The notes beneath the pieces were generated by a model. It was not told the DNA's origin, did not search any database, and worked only from the letters and a program-made list of their open reading frames with translations. Position numbers and translations under genes: made by a program. A stretch of 35,277 nucleotides of DNA from Selaginella moellendorffii (Eukaryota; Plantae; Lycopodiophyta), in contig NW_003314487.1 of NCBI RefSeq assembly GCF_000143415.4, forward strand, positions 1 to 35,277, in the 5' to 3' direction. Below, one piece after another: positions 10,201 to 21,222 of this stretch (the stretch's first letter is position 1; the number at the start of each line of letters is the position of its first letter).

Positions 10201-10985
10201 TTTCAAGTACTCACTGCACGAGCAATGGAGCATTAGCCATCCATCCATGGATTCCCAAATCTCTACCAATCCCCCTCCCCAGGTTAGACTGGGCTTAAGG
10301 TTCAGCTATGCTCCCTACAGGCACAAGCAGCCAAGCACACTAAACCCCTAGGTTCCTAACATCCCTTGGTACAACTAGACTTGATCATGGGACCCTCTAA
10401 ATCCCAAACCTTGGGTGCAACACTTGCTTCAGGACACTGGGGCAAAACACCGTGGCCTAACAGCTTGGTATAGGTACCTCTACCCCTCCACTTCCATCCT
10501 GAAGTGAAGGCCCAAGCCCCTAGAAAGGGCAAGGACCGATGAGCCACAAGGTACTCAAGTGGGGCACCACTCCACATAAGTCGGGAGCACCGCAATCGGT
10601 TTCCCTTTTGAGAGTGGGAGTTGCTTTTGAGCACTTCCTTGAGTGGCCCTTCCGACACCACCCGAGTCCATGCTCACTCCCCGGCCCCAGTCTCAACCTC
10701 AAGCTAGTTTGGAAGCACCACTGGAGAGTTCCTTCAAGACTGGTTCCTGGACCTCACTATCCCTACTATACTTTTGGAACCCCCCTGGGAGATACACGCT
10801 TTGGGCTTTTACCCCTTGACTTGACCTGTATTAGTACTCGGACTCGATCTCAAACTCGATCTCGGACCTGACTTTGGACTTAGTCTTGGACTCGATCCCA
10901 TGGTCCCATCCGATGAACTCTTTGTCATTTTGGTCATGCTTTCGGGGATCCTTTAGCCTATGACACCTCGGGGAGTTGGTTCCTT
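7262..10985 (-). mobile_element. Ty3/gypsy LTR retrotransposon A, 3'-truncated and decayed (5' LTR, PBS, gag, protease, RT)
   Basis: PBS TGGTATCGGAGC (- strand, 10053-10064) next to an LTR edge at 10068. gag WFYDIEDYF...AKSWW (9202-9594), decayed zinc knuckle ~8870-8915, protease LIDTSASNNF ~8670-8700, RT MCIDY..LNK..YPLPRI and VMPFGLCN...YIDDIL (7309-7955). Stops and frameshifts; no RNase H or integrase. Confidence 0.9.
10068..10985 (-). repeat. 5' LTR (partial) of element A
   Basis: Starts TGTAAG next to the PBS and contains the shared core ctatccctactatacttttggaacccccc...gctttgggcttt (10757-10815). Right boundary approximate, at the junction with the next gag fragment. Confidence 0.65.
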
Positions 10986-10988
10986 ACA

Positions 10989-11566
10989 CCAGTCTTCCAA
11001 AACCTGATAGTCCCGCATGCCTTTGAAGTTGGGTGGTTTCAGAGGCTTGAACTTTGAAACTTGTGCAACCGAGGGCGGTTGCAGAACTTCATCATCCTTA
11101 GAACTTAAAGAGGAGTCTGGTTACTTAAGCTTAGCTAGTTTAGCTACCTCAACATCTTTCTTCCTCTTCTTGTTCTCCTTCTTCAATTTCCGAATCTCCC
11201 TTCATAAATTCTCAATCTCAACTTCCTGAGCCGTACGCTACAACGCTGTAGCATCTGGCTCTTCCTCTTCTAACTCAGCCTTACCCTCTTCTGCAGCATC
11301 TCTAGCAAGAGTTTCCTCCTCTCAATTTGCCCGTCTAGATGTTTCAGCATCATCAACACAGTTCATTTTTACCATCCCGCTAGCTACATGCATGTCTCTA
11401 TCAGTAACTGAACATGCTTACAACATTCTTACCAAATGGTGCAATCCAATTAATCCTACATAGGTCGCTTCGGTTCTACTAGAAAAGTCTCTACATATGC
11501 AACTTGAGTTAGAAAATCCAACACAAGTTGGATAGGAATCGCTAAGACAATTCTTGTGATACCAAA
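10989..11566 (-). mobile_element. PBS + leader + 5' gag fragment of a second copy of family B, attached to element B's 3' LTR
   Basis: Collinear with 17422-17999, including PBS TGGTATCAC (11556-11564) and KFKPLKPPNF.GMRDYQVLEDW. Truncated at ~10989. Confidence 0.9.
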
Positions 11567-12492
11567 TGTAGTGCATCTGAATTTGGAGCCGAACTCCAAG
11601 CCTATTGCACTACAAAACGAGGGTCTGGTACAATCCCACGAGCACCAGCTCCCTGTATCCAGCACCTACATGCAAAATGGTGTTAGCAAAGTCTAGCACA
11701 ATTGTGGCATATTGGTGGCCTAACGTGAGGAGGAGGGTACCCCACCAACTAGAGTAGTGTGGAGCTTGGGCTTAGACCAAAGCTGGACACAGAACAAGGA
11801 GCGACACAGCCCAGCGGGAGCCAAATTAATATTTCAGATGGTTGGACATGCAATCCAACCACTATCCCTACTATACATTTGGAACCCCCCATAGCTCCCC
11901 CCCCCCCCCTTGAGGGACACATGCTTTAGGCTTTCACCCCAAGCCTCCCTTAGTACCAGAAGTTAATCTCTGGGACAAGTCCGAAACTTACCAAATAGGG
12001 AATGGCGTTAGATTGCGAATTTAGACACGGGACAAACACCATTATGTTCAGGCTAATCTCTACATTCCGTAGATATCCTAAATGAGTGGATCTAGACACT
12101 TTCCATAAATAGCATTTGGGACCGAAATGAGACTAACACAAATGGCATGATAGCGAGGGTGTTTGGCAGACATGGTAAACTATCATCTAGCAAATATTGA
12201 GGAACTAGTCTCAAAATCGCGGGGGTTCCCAACACTAGCAAGTGCAAGTCAGTATCATGAGTTTCTCGTCACCGTGTGAAGTATGCTTGACTTAATGACA
12301 ACTTAGGATTTCCTTCCTTAGTGCCCTTAAGATCTAAGTGCACATGTGCTTACCAGTTTCTCAACTAGCTTGGGTGGAGACCATAAAGGGAACCAGCAGT
12401 ATTGACCTCCTGCCGTCGTGGCAATAAGGAGAGAGTGTCCGTAAGGACTAGCTGACAAGTATCTTTCAATACCCAAAGTCACATTCGCAACA
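11567..12492 (-). repeat. 3' LTR of element B, also serving as 5' LTR of the adjacent truncated copy
   Basis: TGTAG...CGCAACA termini, PPT on one side and PBS on the other; homologous to 18000-18929. Confidence 0.92.
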
Positions 12493-13102
12493 CTCTCCCC
12501 CCCTTGGGGAAGATCAACATCCTCGTTGATGCATACCCAAGTCTAGCAAACCGTCAAGGAAACAACTCCAAAAGTTCACAGAAAGCACACTATATGGGAA
12601 ACACACTGACTTAAATGATTTATGGAACGACCTCTCTTCTATGTCCAAAGACGTTAAGACTCAGACACCCTTCAGCCGTCACCGACAAGGAAATTACTAA
12701 TGGAGTTAGCCACCCTTGCTGCTCTGAGTACCACTCGGCTTACAAAGGAATGATACATCCCTGCCCACAGGGATATAGGGAGAAGGCTAGAGACCCAACT
12801 TCCCCTGAGCAAGAAATCAACCCCGTCAGGAAGATTTAGACAAGTATTATAAATTGGCAGATTAAGTTGTTTACACCACCACACCCCTTTTTCCAAAAGT
12901 GAGTCATCGAGAGAGAGGTGAGGAGTTGTGATCAGTCTATAATAGGTATCTCCATGGTTATGGATTGGACCCATGGACCGAACTGTCGAAGTCAGCCTGC
13001 CAAAACTGACCCAAGTACTAACGAGCGAGAGAAATGACACTTTAATTTATAGAAATATATTACTGTATTAAGTTGCAAGATTAATTACAAGGTTTACAAA
13101 AG

Positions 13103-16100
13103 CTATTTTTTATTACGATTCTCATACTCTGTGACAAGCTCAGAAGCACATATAAGATTCCTAAGAGGTTCCCAAGTTGATTCACAAGATGGGTAACCTT
13201 TCCACTTAACTAGATATTCCTTCACACGACCACCACGTGCCTTACAAGACAAAAGGATAGCCTCAACTTCATACTCTAATTCACCATCAATAACATTCGG
13301 AGCTGGATGAACATCCCTAGAGCGGCCAAGATCCTCATGATATGGGGCCAGTAAACTGACATGAAACACATCATGAAGTCTAGACATCTCTTGTGGAATA
13401 TCCTACTGATAGGATACATCACCAAGTCGTTTCAACACTTGATAGGGTCCAATATATCTTGGTAATAATTTCCGAGATAAAGATCCCTTAATGTTCAAGT
13501 TCTAGGAAGATAGCCACACCGGATCTCCCACATGATAGGATACATCCTAACGATGCTGATCCTTATCACGTCGATACCTATCCTGAGCTTTGCCCATCGC
13601 CTCAGTAGCTCTAAACCAACCTTGGCGTAGCTGCTCCGCATAAGTCTCAATGGCCGGGACCAACACTTCAGACATTGGTTTTGGTACAACAATCTGTTGA
13701 GGAACCCCACGAGCATTACCTTGCAGCATCTCTCATGGAGAACAGCCTATAGCGCTATGAAATGTGTTTTTATAACAGATTTCTGCTATAGCAAAATGCT
13801 CAACCCAGTCACGTTCGTCCACCGCAACATAGTACCGCAGATAATCTTCAACTTGAGCATTCACACGTTCGGTCTACCCATCAATCTGAGGATGATAAGT
13901 GGTACTAAACTTCAACTTGGTACCAAAAAACTGAAATAGGGTGCCCCAAAACTTCCCCGTAAACCTCAAATCTCTATCTGAAATCATCTCTTCAAGAAGA
14001 CCATGAACCTATACTACTTCATGGAAGAAGAGCTTTGCTGCTTATTTTGCATTCACTGTTCCCACAGTTGGAATGAAGTGTGCAATCTTCCACAACCCAT
14101 CCACAACCACCATGAAAGTATCATAACCCTTAGACTTTAGCAAGAAAGTGATGAAATCAAGTGTCACACTCTGAAATGGCCATGCCGGTGCTGGAATGCA
14201 CTGCAACTTCCAAGCCTGCTTCTCAGCTCTACACTTACATTGCTGGCATATAGGGCAGGAATGAACATAATCCGCTACATCACCTTCCATACTAGACCAG
14301 AAAAATCACTTTTTCAATGAAGCTAGAGTCTTTCACTTTCCACCATATCCCGCTGCTGGAACATCATGATGTTCCCATAGAAACAACTGTTGCAGATCCT
14401 TAGAGGGAAGATACAATCTTTCTTGCTTATAGAATATAAGCCTATCCCGAACTGAGAAGTGAAGCTTCACATTGGTGTGGTTAGCAACTTTTGCTGCCTC
14501 GCTACCAGAGTTCTGCTTCAACAACTCCGCAGGGTGTAAGATTGCCTTCGCCAACAGATCACTTCTATACGAAGCCCGAACATCCTCCAACCAGTCCGAA
14601 CTGATTGCTAATATTGCTCGAAATTGAGCCTGATAACTCAACACATCCGGAATAATATTGTCTTTACCAGGTTTATATATGATTTCAATGTCATATCTAG
14701 CGAGCTTCTCTTGCCAACGAGCCTGCTTTGGCGTAAGCTTAGGCTGCATAACAAAGTAGCTCAGTGTGTTACTATTTGTATAAACCTTGGTATGTCCACC
14801 CAAGTAGTGTCTCCAATGTTCCAGGGCTGACACTATAGCAAACATCTCTTTCTCATGCGTTGGCCATCTTCATTGAGTTTCATCCAATTTCTTGGAATAG
14901 AATGCAATGGGACAACCATGTCGTCTTAGCGTAAAACCAACTGCTTTGTCACAATCTTGCTCCAACACAGCACTAATAGCATAGCCAGATGCATCACAAT
15001 ACACTTTGAAGGGTTTATCAAGATCTAGGATCCCGAGAACAGGAACCGTAGTCAAGGTCTCCTTCAACCATATAAAAGCACGCTAACAAGCCAGTATCTA
15101 CAGAAACGGAATACTACTCTTTGTCAACTCAGTCAACGGAAGAGCAATTCTTACAAAATTGCAGACAAACTTACGATAGTATCCCGCCAAACCGAGAAAG
15201 GAACGAACATCTGATACAGTGGTTGGGACTTCCCAGAACTTCACCGCTTCCACCTTCTTTGGATCGACCTCAATCATGCCACCACCAACTATATGTCCGA
15301 GAAAGTTTACGCACAATTGACCAAAAGCGCATTTACTTTCCTTAGCATACAGTTTGTGTTCGTGCAACTTCTGAAACACCAGCTCCAAGTGTTTCAAATG
15401 ATTCTCCAACGTTTCACTAAAGACTAGAACATCATCGATATACAGGACAACAAATACATCCAAATAATCTCCAAATATTCTATCCATCATAGTGCTGAAC
15501 GTTGCCAGAACATTGTATGACCCGAACAGCATGACAAGGAACTCATAAGATCCATACCGAGTGTTAAAGGTTGTCTTCTCCACATCTTGATCTGCCACCC
15601 GTATCTGATGATACTTGGACCACAAATCAAGTCGCATGAAATACTTAACCTTTAAGAGTTGGTCAAACAAGTCATCAATGCGTGGCAAAGGATAATTGTT
15701 TTTAACCGTGATTTTGTTGAGTGCCCGATAGTCAATACACATCCTCATGGTTCCATCCTTTTTCATAACAAAAAGGACCGGTGCTCCATAAGGTGACTTG
15801 CTTGGTCGGATATAACCTTTGTCAAGAAGCTCCGTGAGTTGCTTCTTGAGTTCAGCCATCTCCTTGATGTTCAATCGATATGGAGCTTTTGTAGGTGGTT
15901 TAAAACCCGGAATAATCTCAATCTGATGATCAACCTCACGGCTAGGAGGTAGCCCTAGTGAAAAATCCTTCAGGAAGATATCCTGATTCCTCGCCAACAA
16001 CTCCAATATCTTCTTTGGTACAGCATCAACCCCGTTGTTGATTCAAACTGAGTCACCAACACTCTCAGCTTCCATCACTTGAACCCAAAATGTCCAACAT

Positions 16101-17826
16101 CCCTTCTTAGCTGCTTTTTGAGCGGCTCACAGTTAGGAATTTAGCATCCCAATCCTTTGAGGAGCGCTTTTGCAACTAGAAGGACACATCAGGACATCCT
16201 TCTGACTTCAATGTGATACGACTTTATCCAACACTGTAAATCCCTTTAATATATTTGTTGAATAAGTCTATACATCTAAAAATCTGGTATCTTTAACACT
16301 ACCAAGTCCACTCTTTTTTTCCACTTGGATATTTTTATTAGAACATCACTCACAAACTTTCTGGCTACTTGCCCACCTTCCACAAACCAGAAGTGCATAA
16401 GTGACATTTGCTTAGCATTCAATCCTAACAACTTAACTAAGTTTTTGCGGATATCATGTTGTGCATAACTCCCGTGTCAATCATTACTCGGATTTGGTGT
16501 CCATGGACAAAGCCTATTAGATACATCAACGGATCAGTTTTTGCATTGACTGCAAGAAAAGTTTGAGGAAAGTAACAAAAGTCACTCACCTCTTCTTCCT
16601 CATAGGCTGCATTGACCAACTCGTCAACCCCTTCAGCTTCACCACCACCATCTTCCCTCATGACATTAACACAAGACCTTGTCTTATGCTTGTTGGAACA
16701 TTCCAAAGACCTATGTCCTAACTCTCCACAATGGAAGCAATGACCCACACTACCCGTTCTGCTAGGAGTAGGTTTTGCAGGTTGCTGCTGCTTGTACCCA
16801 CCAGGAGGAGGAACAGAAGGCCTAGGACCAGAAGAAGCTACTAGTGGTCTCTAACCACCACCACCTTTGTTAACTGTTGCTTGTGAGCCCTCAAAGTGGA
16901 ACCTGCCTTCCACCCTCTGTTTCCGATCACCTTGTTTATTCCCAAAAATTTTATTCTTGTCCAAGGTACCAGCATACGGATGCTAATATTGTTCCATGAG
17001 TGAGTGACTAAAGGCAACTTGCTGCGCTGCCTCCTTACACTCCAGGTACGTCTTCGGCTTAAACTTCAAAATCTCATTACGAGAAAGTGAAATTAAACCC
17101 TCCAGGAAATAACTCCGAGCATCTTTGTCACTCATATTTGCAATCATAATGCACTTCTACAAATGCATTAACATAATGCATGAGATCCCCTTGTTTCTTT
17201 AACTACCGCAGCTCCGCGTGAACTCTCAAACCGAGATCATCCGGCAAGTATTCCTTACGGATACAAGACCACATCTTGGTCCAACTTCTAGTCTGCTCTT
17301 TTTCAGCACACACTTGGCACCACCAAGTTTTGGCATGCTCGGTGAGAAAGGATTGCACGCATGCAACTTTCGTACGATCATCTACGTCTACCGCTATGAA
17401 ATAATTTTCCATATCGTAGACCCAGTCTTCCAAAACCTGATAGTCCCGCATGCCTCTGAAGTTGGGTGGTTTCAGAGGCTTGAACTTTGAAACTCGTGCA
17501 ACTGGGGGCAATTGCAAAACTTCATCATCCTCAGATCTTGAAGAGGAGTCCAGTTGCTTAGGCTTAGCTGGTTTACCTGCCTCATCTTCTTTCTTCCTCT
17601 TTTTGTTCTCCTTCTTCAATTTGCGAATCTCCCTTCGCAAATTCTCAATCTCAACTTCCTGAGCTGTATATTGCAACGCTGTAGCATCTGGCTCTTCCTT
17701 TTTTGACTCGGCCTTAGCCTCTTCTGCAGCATCTCTAGCAGGAGTTTCCTCCTCTCGATTCGCCCGTCTAGAGGTTTTAGCATCATCAGCACGGTTCCTT
17801 TTTACCATCCCGCTAGCTACATGCAT
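13103..17826 (-). pseudogene. gag-pol polyprotein of element B (gag-PR-RT-RH-INT-chromodomain), fragmented
   Basis: Ordered ORF fragments carry the motifs listed for element B. RT-RH-INT order is diagnostic of Ty3/gypsy. Confidence 0.93.
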
Positions 17827-17999
17827 GTCGCTATCAGTAACTGAACATGCTTACAATGTTTTTACTGAATAGTGCAATCCAACTAATCCTACATAGGTCG
17901 CTTTGGATCCATTAGAAAAGTCTCTGCGTATGCAAATTGAGTCAGAAAATCAGACACAAGTTGGATAGGAATCGCCGAGACAATTCCTGTGATACCAAA

Positions 18000-18929
18000 T
18001 GTAGCGCACCTAAATTTTGAGTTGAACTCCAATTTTGAGCAGCACTACGAAATGAGGGTCTAGTACAATCCCAGGAGCACCAGCTCTCCGTATCTAGCAC
18101 CTACACACAAAATGGTGTCAGACGAAGTCTAGCACAATTTTGGCATACTGGTGGCCTAACGTGAGGAGGAGGGTACCCCACCAACTAGAGCAGCATGGAG
18201 CTTGGGCTTAGACTCAAGCTAGACGCAGAAAAAGGAGCGACACAGCCCACAGCCTAGCAGGAGCCAAACTAATATTTCAAGTGGTCGGACATGCAATCCA
18301 ACCACTATCCCTACTATACATTTGGAACCCCCCACAGCTCCCCCCCCCCTTGAGGGACATATGCTTTAGGCTTTCACCCCAAGCCTCCCTTAGTACCAAA
18401 AGTTAATCTCTGGGACAAGTCCGAAACTTACCAAATAGGGAATGGCGTTAGATTGCGAATTTGGACACGGGACAAACACCATTATGTTCAGGCTAATCTC
18501 TACATTCCGTAGATATCCTAAATGAGTGGATCTAGACACTTTCCATAAATAGCATTTGGGACCGAAATGAGACTAACATAAATGGTATGATAGCGAGGGT
18601 GTTTGGCAGACACGGTAAGCTATCATCTAGCAAATATTGAGGGATTAGTCTCAATATCGCGGGGGTTCCCAACACTAGCAAGTGCAAGTCAGCATCATGA
18701 GTTTCTCATCACCATGTCAAGTATGTTTGACTTAATGACAACTTAGGATTTCCTTCCTTGGTGCCCTTCTGGTTTAAGTGCACATGTGTTGATCAGTTTC
18801 TCAACTAGCTTGGGTGGAGACCATAAAGGGAACCAGCAGTACCGACCTCCTGCCGTCGTAACAATAAGGAGAGAGTGTCTGTAAAGACTACCCGACAAGT
18901 ATCTTTTGCTACCCAAAGTCATATTCGCA
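18000..18929 (-). repeat. 5' LTR of element B
   Basis: Begins TGTAG next to the PBS and ends ...attcgca, lacking the final ACA seen in the other LTR. Confidence 0.92.
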
Positions 18930-19329
18930 TTGATAATGGAAGGCCAAAATATAAAAGAAGTAGGGATAGGGCTTGAGTGCTAACTCACCCTATTATCTAG
19001 TTCTACATGGTGGCATCTGTCACTTCTTCCTGTTCCTGAATCTCAAGATTGGAGTCTTGAGATGATGCTCCTAAATGGAAGGTTGATTTCCTATGCTCTA
19101 CTTTTCTCCCACAACTAAGTTGAGCTTCTCTCACTGCACTATGGCATTGGACTGCTTTGTAGCTGCTGCAGCTCTAGAAAGCTTGTCCTTGTACTTGCCA
19201 AGTTTCGACTAGAAGCATCATCATTGTGATTGCTCCTGAGTTTCTGCTGGAACTCATTGTCATCCTCCATCACAATTGGTGGCTGTTTTACCTTGAGCTG
19301 TTGGATCTCATTGTGAAGCTTAGCATTCT
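18927..19329. repeat. ~400-bp direct duplicate of 29787-30189
   Basis: gcattgatRatggaaggccaaaatataaaagaagtaggg...ctcattgtgaagct is collinear at offset 10860 with scattered substitutions. Confidence 0.93.
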
Positions 19330-20235
19330 AGCAACTCTAATTCCTTGGTGTTATTGACCAAGATCTATACAGATTGGCTAGTGCAATAGTTAGCATGAAC
19401 GAGTGTTTGTTAGTCATGCAACATTCATTTTGTTCTGTTGATTATTGCTCAAGTTAGCTCTGATAGATTTGGATGTTATTTCCTTTAGATGATATATTTG
19501 CGAGCATTTTGTTTGCCTGTCAATAATACTTTGTGTTCTTTGAGTTATCTTTTATAAATTGTTTGGCATTCTGTCTACAATCTTTGATAGTTAAGTTTTA
19601 TCATTGAGTTTTCTTGATGATACACTTGCTATTGAATTTTGTTAGATAGTGAATCCTATATTTTCCAAACATACTGATCTTGGTGGTTCCTATATTCAAA
19701 TACTAGTTTATCAGATGATAACTTACCATGAATATTTAGTGTTCTAATCTAAGATTTAATCACTGATAATTAAAACTCTAAGATATCATTGTTTATGACT
19801 CTGATATTGTCCATCTGCTAATCTTTGGGTTTGGGCCAGTATAGGCAAACTAGCTTCGGCACTTTGTGTGCATGGTGAAATCTTTAGTCATGGGGTAACT
19901 ATTGTCGACTAGTCACATAACCCACCTCTCTGTCGATGTTCCTAATTCCATTAAAAAGGTGTGACCGTGTAAACAAATCTAACTGTCTGTTTACACAATA
20001 GTCTATCTAAACCTTACTGACAGGTTTGGTTTTTTTGCTCATGGGGGTTGGGGCCTCTGGCTTCTCTGTCTATATCCCTGTAGGCAGGGGCATATCACAC
20101 TTTAGTAAGCTAGGTGACACCTAGAGCAGCAAGGGTGACTGACTCTGTTGGTCATTTCCTTGTCGGCAACGGCGGAAGGTGTTTGAGTTGGTAGTGCATC
20201 CACGTTAGACAAAGAGGTTGCCTCCTAATTATGAG
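19330..20235 (+). mobile_element. Decayed 3' internal region of a B-related LTR element, opposite orientation
   Basis: 19950-20230 is the reverse-complement homolog of element B's post-integrase region 12610-12900 (e.g. tatatccctgt.ggcaggg, agagcagcaagggtg, tttccttgtcgg). The assignment of 19330-19950 is inferred. Confidence 0.65.
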
Positions 20236-21222
20236 ACATAAAATCCCAAAGTGGAGCCAAAAGGGTGCCACATGGTAGTGGCCAAAGCAAAAGCCAAATG
20301 AGCATAACATGTTTGAACTGAAAGCTCCAACTTGAAAGGTTGAGAACGGGAGTGGAAGTCCCAACAAAATGCTCAAGGAACAAGCACAAAGCAAGCAATA
20401 AGTGAGTCTCTAGAAAAGGGACACAAGAGGACCAACACATGACCCGAGATGGAGTCCAAGATGGACCCGAGATGGAGTCTGGGATGGACCTGAGATGGAG
20501 TCCGGGATGGACCCGAGATGGAGTCCGAGATGGACCCAAGATGGAATCCGAGATGGAATCCGAGATGGACTTGAGATGGAGTTCGAGATGGAGTCTGAGA
20601 TGGACCCAAGATGGACCCGAGATGGACCCGAGATGGAGTCCGAGATGGACCCGAGATGGAGTCCGAGATGGACCCAAGATGGAGTTCGAGATGGACCTGA
20701 GATGGAGTCCGAGATGGACCCGAGATGGAATCTGAGATGGACCCGAGATGGAGTCCAAGATGGACCCGAGATGGAGTCCAAGATGGAGTCCAAGATGGAG
20801 TCCAAGATGGAGTCCGAGATGGAACCGAGACCGAGACTGAGACCAAGACCGAGATCGAGATCGAGTCCGAGTCCGAAACCGGGACTGAGACCGAGTCCGA
20901 GTCTAAGTTTGAGTTTGAGTCCGAGTTCGAATACTAATACAGGCTGTTGGGTGAAAGCCCAAAGCAATCATCCCCCAAGGGGGGGTGGGGCTGCGGGGGT
21001 TCCAAAAGTATAGTAGGGAGAGTGTGGGAGTTGAAGCCTAGTTTGGCTAGTTTGGCCAATTTGGCCCAAAAAGGCCATACCCATTGTTGGGTGATGAGCT
21101 AACCACTGGGAAGTCCAAGACTAGAGTGAATACAGACCGACAAGTAGGGTAGTTTGGTGAAGTGTTCAAGAGCTGGCTCTAGTTCCCCCGGGAAATCAAA
21201 TAGTCGGTGCTCCCAGTCCAAA
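20236..21222 (+). mobile_element. LTR fragment C (related to element A's LTR) containing a minisatellite, interrupted by element D
   Basis: 20900-21025 is the reverse complement of 10757-10870 (tactaatacagg, aaagcccaaagc, gggggttccaaaagtatagtaggga). Left boundary approximate. Confidence 0.6.
20441..20930. repeat. Minisatellite of 11/12-nt units (CCGAGATGGAC / CCGAGATGGAGT) grading into 6-nt CCGAGA/CCGAGT units
   Basis: Directly visible tandem array. Confidence 0.95.

Larger units (their letters stand above)
11567..18929 (-). mobile_element. Ty3/gypsy chromovirus B, near full length but inactivated
   Basis: Two ~925-bp LTRs; PBS at 17989-17997; PPT at 12494-12506. gag 17203-17826, CCHC knuckle CFHCGELGHRSLEC and protease MIDTG (16437-16748), RT LYIDDVL (15098-16006), RNase H YCDASGYAI (14870-15067), integrase HH..CC and core (14042-14400), chromodomain YEVEAIL...YLVKWKGY...TWEP (13103-13280). 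Many stops and frameshifts. Confidence 0.95.

Noticed and set aside
20225-21013. Several 100-185 aa ORFs on both strands
   Set aside because: Translations of the minisatellite.
21060-21130. Hammerhead ribozyme (retrozyme) in the LTR near gtgatgag
   Set aside because: No CTGATGA core with a properly placed GAAA and supporting stems.
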